A stretch of DNA of 64,000 nucleotides from Acidobacteriota bacterium (lineage in GTDB: Bacteria > Acidobacteriota > Thermoanaerobaculia > Multivoradales > JAGPDF01). The notes beneath the pieces were generated by a model that was not told where the DNA came from, did not search any database, and worked only from the letters and a program-made list of their open reading frames with translations. Numbering within the stretch: the first letter of the stretch is position 1; the number at the start of each line of letters is the position of its first letter. Location: contig JAAYLR010000019.1 of the NCBI GenBank assembly GCA_012521815.1, positions 672 through 64,671 of the forward strand, read 5' to 3'. Shown piece by piece: positions 27,930 through 36,953 of this stretch. A program made the position numbers and the translations under genes.

Positions 27930-28279
27930 GCAACCGCAAGCTGATCCGCCCCGATCTGGGAGAGCTGAAGAAGGAGAGCCAGGTCTCGCGGGCCGTGCGC
28001 CGCAAGCAGAGCCCGCCCGAGCAGACGAACGCCGAGGAGTTCTACTACCTCAAGCAGATGGCGGCGAAGACGCCGATGGTGGTGGTGCTCACCAACGACG
28101 AGGAGCTGCACGGCTGGATCGAGTGGTACGACAAGGGCGCCATCAAGCTCAACCGCCATCGCGGCCCGAACCTGCTGATCCTCAAGCACAACATCCGCTA
28201 CCTGTTCAAGGAAGAGGAGCTGCGGCACCAGCGCCGCCGCCGGAGCGACGGCGACGACGAGCCGGCCGCCGAGGGCTGA
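27926..28279 (+). CDS. hfq: Hfq-like Sm-fold RNA chaperone with a ~40-aa basic N-terminal extension
   Basis: [27 protein letters not shown] aligns to the Hfq Sm1 motif ([27 protein letters not shown]). LILKHNIRY aligns to Sm2 (MVYKHAIST). ATGA overlap with ricT. Confidence 0.6.
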   Translation: MSNRKLIRPDLGELKKESQVSRAVRRKQSPPEQTNAEEFYYLKQMAAKTPMVVVLTNDEELHGWIEWYDKGAIKLNRHRGPNLLILKHNIRYLFKEEELRHQRRRRSDGDDEPAAEG

Positions 28280-28283
28280 GGCC

Positions 28284-29291
28284 GTGACGGGGCCGCCCGT
28301 CCTCGCCCTGACCCAGGGAGATCCGGCCGGCGTCGGCCCGGAGGTCGTCTTCGGGGCGCTCTCCAGCCTCGCACCCGGCGGCGCGCTGCCGCTGCTCGTC
28401 GTCGAAGAGGCGGCGGTCACGGCGATCCGCCACCTCGTCCCCCCTGCGCTCCGGGAGCGTCTCCGGTGGCTCGCCGAGCCGCCGTCGCGCGAAGAGATCG
28501 CCCGCCTCGCCCCGGCGATCCCGGTCGTCGATCCGGTTCGCCGGCCGCGCCGCGTCGTCCCGGGCCGCTCCGGACCCGAAGACGCCCACGGCGCGCTCGC
28601 GGCGCTCGACCTCGGGATCGCGCTCGCGCGCGCCGGCACGGTCGATGCGCTCGTCACCGCGCCGGTGAGCAAGGCGTCGATCGCCGCCCACTGCCGGCCC
28701 GATTTCGTGGGCCATACCGACTACCTCGCCGCCGCCTGCGGGCTCGGCAGCTACGGGCGCGACTACCTGATGGCGTTCCTCGCCCCGGGGCTGCGGGTGG
28801 CCCTCCTCACCGTCCATCAGCCGCTCGCCGAAGCGGTGGCGGCGCTCGACGGCGAGAGCGTCGGCGCGGCGCTCGCCTGTCTCTGGCGTCATGGCGGCGG
28901 CGGCCGGATCGCGGTCGCGGGGCTCAACCCGCACGCCGGCGAAGGGGGGCTGCTCGGGCGCGAGGAGGAGGCGATCCTCGCCCCGGCGGTGGCGGCCGCC
29001 CGCGGCCGCGGGATCGACGTGTACGGCCCCGAGAGCGCCGATTCGCTCTTCGCCCGGGCCCGGCAGGGGGAGTTCGACTGGGTGCTCGCCCTCTACCACG
29101 ACCAGGGGCTGATCGCGGTGAAGACCGCCGCCTTCGGGCGCGCCACGAACTGGACGCTGGGGCTGCCGTTCCTCCGCACCTCGGTCGACCACGGCACCGC
29201 CTTCGCGCTGGCCGGTACCGGGCGGGCGGATGCGGCGCCGATGGCCGCGGTGCTCGCGACCACGCTCGAGCTGCTCGCGACCCGCGCCTGA
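28284..29291 (+). CDS. pdxA: 4-hydroxythreonine-4-phosphate dehydrogenase
   Basis: ALTQGDPAGVGPEV...GLNPHAGEGG...LYHDQGLI are PdxA signatures. Confidence 0.85.
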   Translation: MTGPPVLALTQGDPAGVGPEVVFGALSSLAPGGALPLLVVEEAAVTAIRHLVPPALRERLRWLAEPPSREEIARLAPAIPVVDPVRRPRRVVPGRSGPEDAHGALAALDLGIALARAGTVDALVTAPVSKASIAAHCRPDFVGHTDYLAAACGLGSYGRDYLMAFLAPGLRVALLTVHQPLAEAVAALDGESVGAALACLWRHGGGGRIAVAGLNPHAGEGGLLGREEEAILAPAVAAARGRGIDVYGPESADSLFARARQGEFDWVLALYHDQGLIAVKTAAFGRATNWTLGLPFLRTSVDHGTAFALAGTGRADAAPMAAVLATTLELLATRA

Positions 29292-29332
29292 GGGGCGCCG
29301 GCGGCGGGATCAGCCGGCCGCGCGCGGGTCGG

Positions 29333-30787
29333 TCAGGAGGCGCCCCGGCCGGAGAGCACCGCGGGGATCGTCTTGACCAGGATCTTGAAGTCGAGCCACG
29401 GCGACCAGCTGTCGATGTACTGCAGGTCGAGCTCGATCCAGCGCTGGAAGGGGAGCTCGTTGCGGCCGCTGATCTGCCAGAGGCAGGTGAGCCCGGGCTT
29501 CATCGCGAGCCGCCGGCGCTGCCAGCGCTGGTACTTCGCCACCTCCTCGGGGATCGGCGGGCGCGGGCCGACGAGGCTCATGTCCCCCTTGAGCACGTTC
29601 CAGAGCTGCGGCAGCTCGTCGAGCGAGAAGCGGCGCAGGACCCTCCCGAGGGTGGTCACCCGCGGATCGTCGGTGATCTTGAAGACCGGCCCGTCCATCT
29701 CGTTGTACGGGAGCAGCTCCCGCTGCCGCGCCTCGGCTCCCTCGACCATCGTGCGGAACTTGTAGAGGGTGAAGCGCCGGCCGTTGAGGCCGCAGCGGGT
29801 CTGGCGGAAGAGCACCGAGCCGCTCGAGGTGAGCTTGATGGCGATCGCCACGAGGAGCACCACCGGCAGGCCGAGCACGAGCAGCACGAACGAGAGCACG
29901 ATGTCGAGCAGCCGCTTGAGCGCGAGCGCGAAGGCGTTGTTCGGCGAGGTCGTGAAGGTGAGCAGCGGCACGCCGTCGAGCTCGTCGAGCTCCACGTGGG
30001 CCTGGGTGTGGGGGAAGAAGTTCAGCGCGAGGCGGGTGAGGATCCCCTGCTCCTGCAGGTTCAGGTAGAGATCCTCCAGCCCTTCGAGATCGCGGCGAGT
30101 GACGGCGAAGTAGACCTCGTCGACCACGTTCTGCTCGACGAACCGGGGCAGGTCGTCGAGGCTGCCGAGCACCGGATGGCCGGCGATCTCCTGGCGGTGC
30201 TGCTCCGGGACCGCGGTGAAGAAGCCGAGCAGCCGGTAGCCCCAGTGGCGCTGCTGGTGGAGCGCCCGGGCGAAGGCGCGGGCCTGGGGGCCGCTGCCCA
30301 CGATCACGACCGTGCGGTAGTTGAGGCCGCGGGCGCGCACCCAGCGCGAGACGAGGCGAAGCGCGATCTTCTCGGAGGTCAGCAGCGCCCCGGCGAGGGT
30401 CGGGAAGACGAAGAGCCAGAGGCGGCTGATCTTGTCGCCCGCGAGCAGCCGCTCGTCGAGGCGGAGCGCGTAGACGACGAGGATGAGGATCCCGGCCGCG
30501 GTGACCGCGAGCCGCAGCAGCGCCGCGATCTCGCGCCGCAGCGGCACCGTGCGGTGGGAGCGGTAGCGGCCGGAGAACCAGAGGAGCGGCGCCCAGATCG
30601 CGAGCGCCACGGGCAGGAGCGGCAGATAGCTCGCGAGCGGGTAGAAGCCGCCCTCGAAGCTCGCCGGCCAGAGCCAGGGGGCGAGGTCGTGGCGCAGCCA
30701 GAAGGCGGCGAAGAACGCCACCGTGATCAGCACGCAGTCGAGCGTGAGGATCGTACCGGCGATCAGGCGAGCCCGTTGTTTGAGCAT
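29333..30787 (-). CDS. Polyprenyl-phosphate glycosyl-1-phosphate transferase (WbaP/EpsZ-type bacterial sugar transferase), the priming enzyme
   Basis: N-terminal TM domain plus a C-terminal catalytic region [11 protein letters not shown]...GPRP...PGLTCLWQ. Confidence 0.8.
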   Translation of the reverse strand: MLKQRARLIAGTILTLDCVLITVAFFAAFWLRHDLAPWLWPASFEGGFYPLASYLPLLPVALAIWAPLLWFSGRYRSHRTVPLRREIAALLRLAVTAAGILILVVYALRLDERLLAGDKISRLWLFVFPTLAGALLTSEKIALRLVSRWVRARGLNYRTVVIVGSGPQARAFARALHQQRHWGYRLLGFFTAVPEQHRQEIAGHPVLGSLDDLPRFVEQNVVDEVYFAVTRRDLEGLEDLYLNLQEQGILTRLALNFFPHTQAHVELDELDGVPLLTFTTSPNNAFALALKRLLDIVLSFVLLVLGLPVVLLVAIAIKLTSSGSVLFRQTRCGLNGRRFTLYKFRTMVEGAEARQRELLPYNEMDGPVFKITDDPRVTTLGRVLRRFSLDELPQLWNVLKGDMSLVGPRPPIPEEVAKYQRWQRRRLAMKPGLTCLWQISGRNELPFQRWIELDLQYIDSWSPWLDFKILVKTIPAVLSGRGAS

Positions 30788-30801
30788 GGCGAGCGGGAGC
30801 C

Positions 30802-31956
30802 TCAGGCGCCGGCGGGCGCCCCGGCTCCGGCAGGAAGGTTATTGTACCGGCCCCCGCGGACGAGGGTGGCGAACAGCGCGGCGTACCGGTCGGCGACCAG
30901 CTCCCAGCTGAACCGTTCGGCGGCCCGCGCCGCCGCCTGCTCGCCGCGCGCCCGCGCCTCGCCGGGGTGCGTGCGTACCCAGTCGAAAGCCGCCGCCAGC
31001 CCCGCGGCGTCGCCGATCCGGAAGTAGCGCGCGGTCTCGCCCGCCACCTCGCGGTGCTCGGGGGTGTCGTGGGCGAGCACGCAGTTGCCGTAGCCCATCG
31101 CCTCGACGAGCGCCGGGTGCGTGCCGCCGACCTCGGTCGCCTGCACGTAGGCGAGGGCGTGGCTGAGCAGCTCCCGGTAGCCGGGGCCGTAGATCGGGCC
31201 CGGGAAGAGGATCCGCGGATCGGCCCCCTCGGTGAACGAGCGGATGAACCGGCTCGCGTAGGGGGCGCCGCCGACCATCACCAGCGGCAGCTCACCCCCG
31301 GCCCGCCGGTAGGCGGCGGCGACCCGGTGCGGGTTGTTCTCGGGTTCGAAGCGGGAGACGTAGAGGAAGTAGCCCCGGCTCGCGAGCCCCAGCCGCGGCA
31401 GCAGGCGCGTCGGCGGGAGCGGCCGCGGCGTGACCCCGTAGGTGATCACCGTGGAGGGCGCGCCGTACCGGGCGAGGTAATGGTCGTGGATCACCCCGGC
31501 GTCGGTCACCAGCGCGTCGGGCAGGGTGCAGGCGAGCCGCTCGGAGAGGGCGTAGACGGCGCGTCCGAACGCTCCCCACTTGGCCCGCCGCTTCTCGATG
31601 CCGTCCACGTTGAGGGCGACGGGCACGCCGCTGCCGGTGAGCAGCGGCAGGAAGAGGGCGTTGGCCGAGTTGACGACGAGCGCGGCGGCGAAGCCGCGGG
31701 CGCGGGCGTCGAGCAGCGAGAGGAGGGTGTGGCTCGGGGTATCGAGGTACTTGCTCCGCAGGCAGGGGAGGAGGACGATCTCCGCCCCGCGGAAGCGGCG
31801 CACCCGGCGGCGCACGGCGTGGGTCCGGCCGTAGACGGTCACCCGGAAGCCGCGCGCGACGAGCCGGGGCGCGAGCTCCTCGAGCAGGGTCTCGTAGCCG
31901 CCGTAGCGCGCCGGGATGCCGCGGCTCCCGAGCAGCGCGACCGAGGGGTTCGTCAA
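30802..31956 (-). CDS. Glycosyltransferase family 1 (GT4-like), TTG start
   Basis: The C-terminal EX7E-like region GGTHPALVEAMGYGNCVL. The start overlaps the upstream gene's stop. Confidence 0.75.
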   Translation of the reverse strand: MTNPSVALLGSRGIPARYGGYETLLEELAPRLVARGFRVTVYGRTHAVRRRVRRFRGAEIVLLPCLRSKYLDTPSHTLLSLLDARARGFAAALVVNSANALFLPLLTGSGVPVALNVDGIEKRRAKWGAFGRAVYALSERLACTLPDALVTDAGVIHDHYLARYGAPSTVITYGVTPRPLPPTRLLPRLGLASRGYFLYVSRFEPENNPHRVAAAYRRAGGELPLVMVGGAPYASRFIRSFTEGADPRILFPGPIYGPGYRELLSHALAYVQATEVGGTHPALVEAMGYGNCVLAHDTPEHREVAGETARYFRIGDAAGLAAAFDWVRTHPGEARARGEQAAARAAERFSWELVADRYAALFATLVRGGRYNNLPAGAGAPAGA

Positions 31957-32957
31957 CCTTCGTCCGCCTCCCGCCAGAACCAGCGCTCGAGGGCCCGGGC
32001 CGGGACGGTCCGGCGCTCCCGGATCGCCCGCCGGCGCCGCCAGAGCTCGCGGCGATGCCGCCAGAGCCAGGCGTAGGCGCCGAGCGACTGCCGTTCGAAG
32101 CCTAGTACGTAGGCGAGCGCCAACGCGTCACGCCAGAGGGCGGGCAGCAGCGTGGTGAGGAGGTTCCCCGGGGTCTGGTGGTAGAGGCGCAGGAGGTACC
32201 GGTTCTTCAGCGAGTGGTGGTTGATCGCCGCCGCCATCGCCCGCCGGCGCGCGGGCAGGTTGTGGCGGCGGTGGAGCGCCACGGCCCCGGGCTCGTAGAC
32301 GATCTCCCAGCCCCGTTCCCGCAGGCGGAAGCAGAGCTCGGCATCCTCCCGGTAGGAGTGGAAGCGGGGATCGAAGATCTCGCCGTCGAGCGCCACGTCG
32401 TCGAGCGCCGCCCGGCGCCAGAGGGAGGCGGCGCCGGTGGCGCCGAAGACGCGGGCCGGCCGCCGGAGCTGCCCCCGGTCGCGCTCGCCCGAGCCGCGAT
32501 CGAGATGCCGCCAGGTGGGGCGCAGCCGCATCCCGCAGGCGTCGAGACGGGGCGCCTCGCCCTCCGGCGCCGGCCGCACGAGCCGGCCGGTGAGCGCCCC
32601 GACCGGCCGCCATGGCGAGCGTGCCGCGGCCGCGAGGAGACGGCTCACGTACTCCGGGGTGACCTGCGCGTCGGGGTTGAGGCTGAGCACCCAGGCGCCG
32701 CTGGTCACACCGAGGGCGGCGTTCATCCCGCCGGCGAAGCCGCGATTCTCCGGCAGCCGCACGGTCCGGGCGGGGAAGGGGAGCTCCCGGCCGAGCCGTT
32801 CGGCGAGCGCGGCGCTGCCGTCGCCGCTCGCGCAGTCGGCCACCACGAGCTCGAGCGGCCGGTGGTCGAGCGCGGCGAGGGCCGCGCAGCAGGCGGGCAG
32901 ATCGGCGGCCGAATCGTGGGTGACGATCGCCACCGAGACCAGCGGCGGGGCGCTCAT
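31953..32957 (-). CDS. Glycosyltransferase family 2
   Basis: VSVAIVTHDSAADL...NRGFAGGMN...LNPD matches GT2 DxD-type motifs. 334 aa. Confidence 0.75.
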   Translation of the reverse strand: MSAPPLVSVAIVTHDSAADLPACCAALAALDHRPLELVVADCASGDGSAALAERLGRELPFPARTVRLPENRGFAGGMNAALGVTSGAWVLSLNPDAQVTPEYVSRLLAAAARSPWRPVGALTGRLVRPAPEGEAPRLDACGMRLRPTWRHLDRGSGERDRGQLRRPARVFGATGAASLWRRAALDDVALDGEIFDPRFHSYREDAELCFRLRERGWEIVYEPGAVALHRRHNLPARRRAMAAAINHHSLKNRYLLRLYHQTPGNLLTTLLPALWRDALALAYVLGFERQSLGAYAWLWRHRRELWRRRRAIRERRTVPARALERWFWREADEG

Positions 32958-33862
32958 CGCCGCTCCTTCCGGCCGCCCGCGGGGGCGAGGTTCGCGGCGA
33001 GGGCCGCGAGCAGCCCTCGCGCCGCCGCGGCGCGCGACGGCGCCCGCCGCGCCGGCCGCAGCGGCAGCGCGAGGAGCCGGGCAGTGAGCGCTACCGGGAG
33101 CGTGAGCCCCACGAAGAGCGCGCCGCCCCGCCCGTGGTGCCGCCGGGCGTAGCGCCGGAGGTTGCGGGTGTAGGCGACGAGGAAGCGGCCGTAGCCGAGC
33201 TGTTCGAGGCTGCCGCCGAGGCCGTGCGTGAACCGCGCCGCGGGCCAGTAGAGGAAGCGCCGGCCGGCCGCCGCGGCGCGGCGGGCGAAGTCGACGTCCT
33301 CGAACCAGGCGGGGAAGTAGCGTTCGTCGAAGCCGCCGAGCGCCGCGAACGCCGTTCGCCGCAGACAGAGCGCCGCGGCGGCGGGCTGCGCGATCGCGGT
33401 GCCGGCGGCGGGCGGCGTCGCCGGACCGGCCGGGGTGTCGAGGAAGAACGCCTGTCCGAGCAGGTCGCGCAGGCGCGGGAGCGGCCGCAGCTGCCACCGG
33501 CTCTGGCTCTCGCCGCCGGCGCCGGTGAGCTGCGGGACCAGACCCGCCGCCTCCGGGTGGGCGGCGAGGCCGGCGAGCAGGGCGGGGAGCGCTCCCGGCT
33601 CCGGCCGGACATCCGGGTTGAGGAGGAGCAGCGCCGCGCCGGCTGCCGCCTCGACGCCCCGGTTCACGCCGGCGGCGAAACCGAGGTTGCGCCCTGGCGT
33701 CACGAGCCGGATCCGGTCGGGGAGCCAGAGCGGCCGGCTCGCGCCGTTGTCCACCACCACGAGCTCGAAACGGGGGTCGTCCGGCCACGCCTCGACCAGA
33801 GCCGCCAGGTCCTCCTCGGCGTGCCAGTGGACAACGACGCCGCTCAGCTCGGGGCCGGCCAT
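32954..33862 (-). CDS. Glycosyltransferase family 2
   Basis: VVVDNGAS...GRNLGFAAGVN...LNPD. 302 aa. ATGA overlap downstream. Confidence 0.7.
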   Translation of the reverse strand: MAGPELSGVVVHWHAEEDLAALVEAWPDDPRFELVVVDNGASRPLWLPDRIRLVTPGRNLGFAAGVNRGVEAAAGAALLLLNPDVRPEPGALPALLAGLAAHPEAAGLVPQLTGAGGESQSRWQLRPLPRLRDLLGQAFFLDTPAGPATPPAAGTAIAQPAAAALCLRRTAFAALGGFDERYFPAWFEDVDFARRAAAAGRRFLYWPAARFTHGLGGSLEQLGYGRFLVAYTRNLRRYARRHHGRGGALFVGLTLPVALTARLLALPLRPARRAPSRAAAARGLLAALAANLAPAGGRKERR

Positions 33863-34794
33863 CCGGGGGAGCCTACCCGGAAGCGCGCGAGCCCGGCGAG
33901 GGGCAGGAGCGGCGGGCCGCGGTGCGCGAAGCGCGGGAGCAGCGCGGCGGCGCGCAGCCAGCCGGCCGCGACCGCCGCGGCGCCGGCGAGATCGCCACCG
34001 GCGGCGAGGCGGAGCGCGTCGGCGCCGTCGCGGAGGGCGAACCAGGGGAGCCGGAGCCAGAAGCCGCGTCCGAAGAGGCGGGCGAGGACCGCGAGGCGGT
34101 GGGCATGGATCCAGCGGCGGCGGACGCCGCCCAAGCGGCGGCCGGTGAGCGAGCCCGCGTGGCGGGTGCGGGCGGCCGGCGCGAGCCGCGCCCGGAAGCC
34201 CGCGGCGCGCAGCCGGCAGGCGAGATCGACGTCCTCGTAGTAGGCGAAGAGGGCGGGGTCGAACCACTCCCCGGGGCGCCGGCAGGCGGCGTCGAGCGCT
34301 TCGCGCCGGTAGAGCGCCGCGGTGGCCGAGACGCCGAACAGCTCGCACGGCGCGGTGGGCGCGGTCGCGGCCGGTTCGCCGTGGCCGAGCTGCACCGCCT
34401 GCCACCACCGGTTCCAGCCGAGCCCCCAGCCGTCGAGACGGTCCGGCCGGGCGAGATCGAGGTTCACCCCCTGCACGGCGGCGACCTCCGGACCGAGCTC
34501 GGCCCGCGTGGCCGCGAGCCAGCCCGGGGCGAGGAGGGCGTCGTCGTTGACCAGCGCCACGAGCGGAGCGGAGTCGGCGGCGAGCGCGAGATTCACGGCG
34601 GCGGCGAAGCCGAGGTTCCGTCCCGGGGTGAGGAGGCGATCGGCCGCCGCGCAGGCGGCCGGCGGTGGCCCCGCGCCCTGCCAGACCACCGCGATCGTGA
34701 GCCGCTCGCCGGCCTGGGCGCGGAGGGCCGCGAGGGCGTCGGCGAGATGCGGGCTCGCGCCCAGGGTGGGGACGATCGCGAGCAGCTCGCTCAT
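33844..34794 (-). CDS. Glycosyltransferase family 2
   Basis: GRNLGFAAAVN...VNDD...YYEDVDL. 316 aa. Overlaps the previous gene by 19 bp. Confidence 0.7.
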   Translation of the reverse strand: MSELLAIVPTLGASPHLADALAALRAQAGERLTIAVVWQGAGPPPAACAAADRLLTPGRNLGFAAAVNLALAADSAPLVALVNDDALLAPGWLAATRAELGPEVAAVQGVNLDLARPDRLDGWGLGWNRWWQAVQLGHGEPAATAPTAPCELFGVSATAALYRREALDAACRRPGEWFDPALFAYYEDVDLACRLRAAGFRARLAPAARTRHAGSLTGRRLGGVRRRWIHAHRLAVLARLFGRGFWLRLPWFALRDGADALRLAAGGDLAGAAAVAAGWLRAAALLPRFAHRGPPLLPLAGLARFRVGSPGWPAPS

Positions 34795-36953
34795 CGCCAC
34801 GCGAGCCGGGCGCGATCGAGGATCAGGCCGTTGGTCGGCTCTCCGGCCGGACCGCTCACGGCGAAGACGAGCGGCTCGCCCGGCTGCCAGGGGAACGGTC
34901 CGAGCTCGATCCGTTCCCAGTGACGGGGCGTCGTCGGCTCCCAGGTGGCGAGAGGGCGCTCGCCGGCGCGGAGCGTGAGCGTGAGCGGGGAGTCGGTGTT
35001 GCGCACCCACTCGAGCTCGACCGTGACCGTGAGCTCGCGGCCGCCGGCCACGGGATATGCGGTGGCCTCCTCCCCCTCGCGCAGCACCCAGCCGCCCCGG
35101 TAGCGGGTGCGGTCGAACATCCACCGGTCCGGGTGGAGGTGCCCGCCCGACTTGGCGACCCAGGCGTCCTCGAGCTCGATCGTGCGGGTGGGCAGCCGGG
35201 CCGCGAGCAGCGGCAGCGCGGCGAGCGCCGCGAGCGCGAGCGCGGCGCCGCCCGCCACGGCTCCGCTCCGGCGCCGGGGCCAGTGCCAGAGCGCGGGAAC
35301 GCCGGCCAGCAGGAGGAGCGGGACGATCCAGGTCGCGGGGCGCGGGCGGAGCATGCTCGGGGTCAGCCGGGCGATGTCGCTCCCGGTGCGCGCCCCGAGC
35401 TGGTCGAGCAGGAGCGTGCGGCCGTCGGCGAAGTTGTACGTCCAGCCGGGGACGACGGTCCAGAGCAGGAGGAGCGCGACCGTCGCGGCGAACAGGCCGC
35501 CGAGCAGCCAGCGGGCGCCGAGACGCCGCCGCTGCTCGAGGAGGGGCACGAGCATGAGCGTGAGCAGCGGCAGGATCACGAGCGCGTAGCGGAAGGGCGG
35601 CGACCAGCCGCCGTACCACTCGCGCCGGCTCGCCACGATCAGCAGATAGGGGCTCGAGAAGACCAGGAGGTCGAAGAGCAGCGGATGCCGCCGGGCGACC
35701 AGCAGCGCCGTGGCCGGCAGCAGGAGCAGCCAGACGGGGGTCGCGCCGAACAGCCCGAAGGCGGTGTCGAAGAAGAGCCCGGCGCCGCCGAGGAGGTAGG
35801 TCCGGGCCGGCGTCTCGTAGAGCCGGAGCTCTCCGAGCGTGTGGATCTTGAGCGGGTTGCCGTAGGTGAAGGTGTTGTAGCCGAGCATCGCGGCGCTGAG
35901 CAGTCCCAGCGCGATCCCGAGGATGATCAGCGGCTTGCGGGGCCGTCCCGCGTGCCACCAGGCGAGCGCCAGCAGCGGGACCGCGAGCAGCAGGAGGCGG
36001 ATCTTGAGCAGCGGCAGCAGCAGGAGCGGCAGGCCGATGCCGAGCCAGCGCCGGCGGTTCCAGAGGCGGTCGTACTTCAGCTCGAGCAGGTGATCGAGGG
36101 CGATCGCCGAGAGCAGCGCCGCTGGCACCTCGACCCAGACCTGCGGCGCGTAGAGGAGCAGGGGCGAGAGCAGCGCGCCCGCGAGCCAGGCCACGAGCAC
36201 CGGTCCGGGGTGGGCGCGGAAGTAGTGCCGGGCGAGGCGGAGGGTCACCCAGGCGAGCGCCGCGGCGAGCAGCGCCATGACCGTCTGCGCGCCCGCGGCG
36301 CCGGCCAGCCGGTAGGCGGGGGCGAGGAGCAGCGGCAGGAGGAGGTTGTGGCGCGAGTAGAGCTCGCCACCGCTGCCGACCGGATCGCCCGGTTGCGGCT
36401 CGAGCCGGCGATCGAGGAAGGCGAGCGAATCGCCCGCGGCGTAGTTGTTGGCGAGGTCGTCGTCGAGATCGTAGGCGAGGCTGTGGGCCACGAGGAGGTA
36501 GTACGGCTCGTCGCCGTCTGGCAGGCGCGCGGCGGTGACCCACGGCTGGAGCCCGAGGTAGACGGTGAGCGGCAGGAGGAAGAAGACCGCGGGCGGACGG
36601 GCGGGCAGCCGCGCGCCGAGCAGCGGTCGCAGCCCGATCCCCCGCCGCAGGGCGGCGAGGAGCAGCCAGAGCGTGAGCCCACCGACCACGGCCGCGGTGG
36701 CGAACGGCAGCGCGAGCCAGGAGCGCACCGCGGCGAACGCGACGAGCAGGCCGAGCGCGAGCGCTTCGAGTCCCGAGGCGAGCTGACCGCCGACGCGCCG
36801 CACTCCCGGCAGCGCGTCGATCTCCCGGAGGCCGGCGACGATCCAGGGCAGGAAGAGGAGCGTGCCGCGGAGCGGGTCGGCCTTGTCGAGGGCGATTCCG
36901 AAGGCGATCGAAGCGGCCGCCGCCGTGCCCCAGCGGACGAGGCGCGCCCTCAC
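34791..36953 (-). CDS. Polytopic membrane glycosyltransferase of the GT-C fold (PMT/ArnT-like DE motif) with a C-terminal periplasmic domain
   Basis: 720 aa with more than 10 TM helices. DGDEPYYLLVAHSLAYDLDDD forms an acidic periplasmic loop. GTG start in a GTGA overlap. Confidence 0.6.
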   Translation of the reverse strand: MRARLVRWGTAAAASIAFGIALDKADPLRGTLLFLPWIVAGLREIDALPGVRRVGGQLASGLEALALGLLVAFAAVRSWLALPFATAAVVGGLTLWLLLAALRRGIGLRPLLGARLPARPPAVFFLLPLTVYLGLQPWVTAARLPDGDEPYYLLVAHSLAYDLDDDLANNYAAGDSLAFLDRRLEPQPGDPVGSGGELYSRHNLLLPLLLAPAYRLAGAAGAQTVMALLAAALAWVTLRLARHYFRAHPGPVLVAWLAGALLSPLLLYAPQVWVEVPAALLSAIALDHLLELKYDRLWNRRRWLGIGLPLLLLPLLKIRLLLLAVPLLALAWWHAGRPRKPLIILGIALGLLSAAMLGYNTFTYGNPLKIHTLGELRLYETPARTYLLGGAGLFFDTAFGLFGATPVWLLLLPATALLVARRHPLLFDLLVFSSPYLLIVASRREWYGGWSPPFRYALVILPLLTLMLVPLLEQRRRLGARWLLGGLFAATVALLLLWTVVPGWTYNFADGRTLLLDQLGARTGSDIARLTPSMLRPRPATWIVPLLLLAGVPALWHWPRRRSGAVAGGAALALAALAALPLLAARLPTRTIELEDAWVAKSGGHLHPDRWMFDRTRYRGGWVLREGEEATAYPVAGGRELTVTVELEWVRNTDSPLTLTLRAGERPLATWEPTTPRHWERIELGPFPWQPGEPLVFAVSGPAGEPTNGLILDRARLAWR

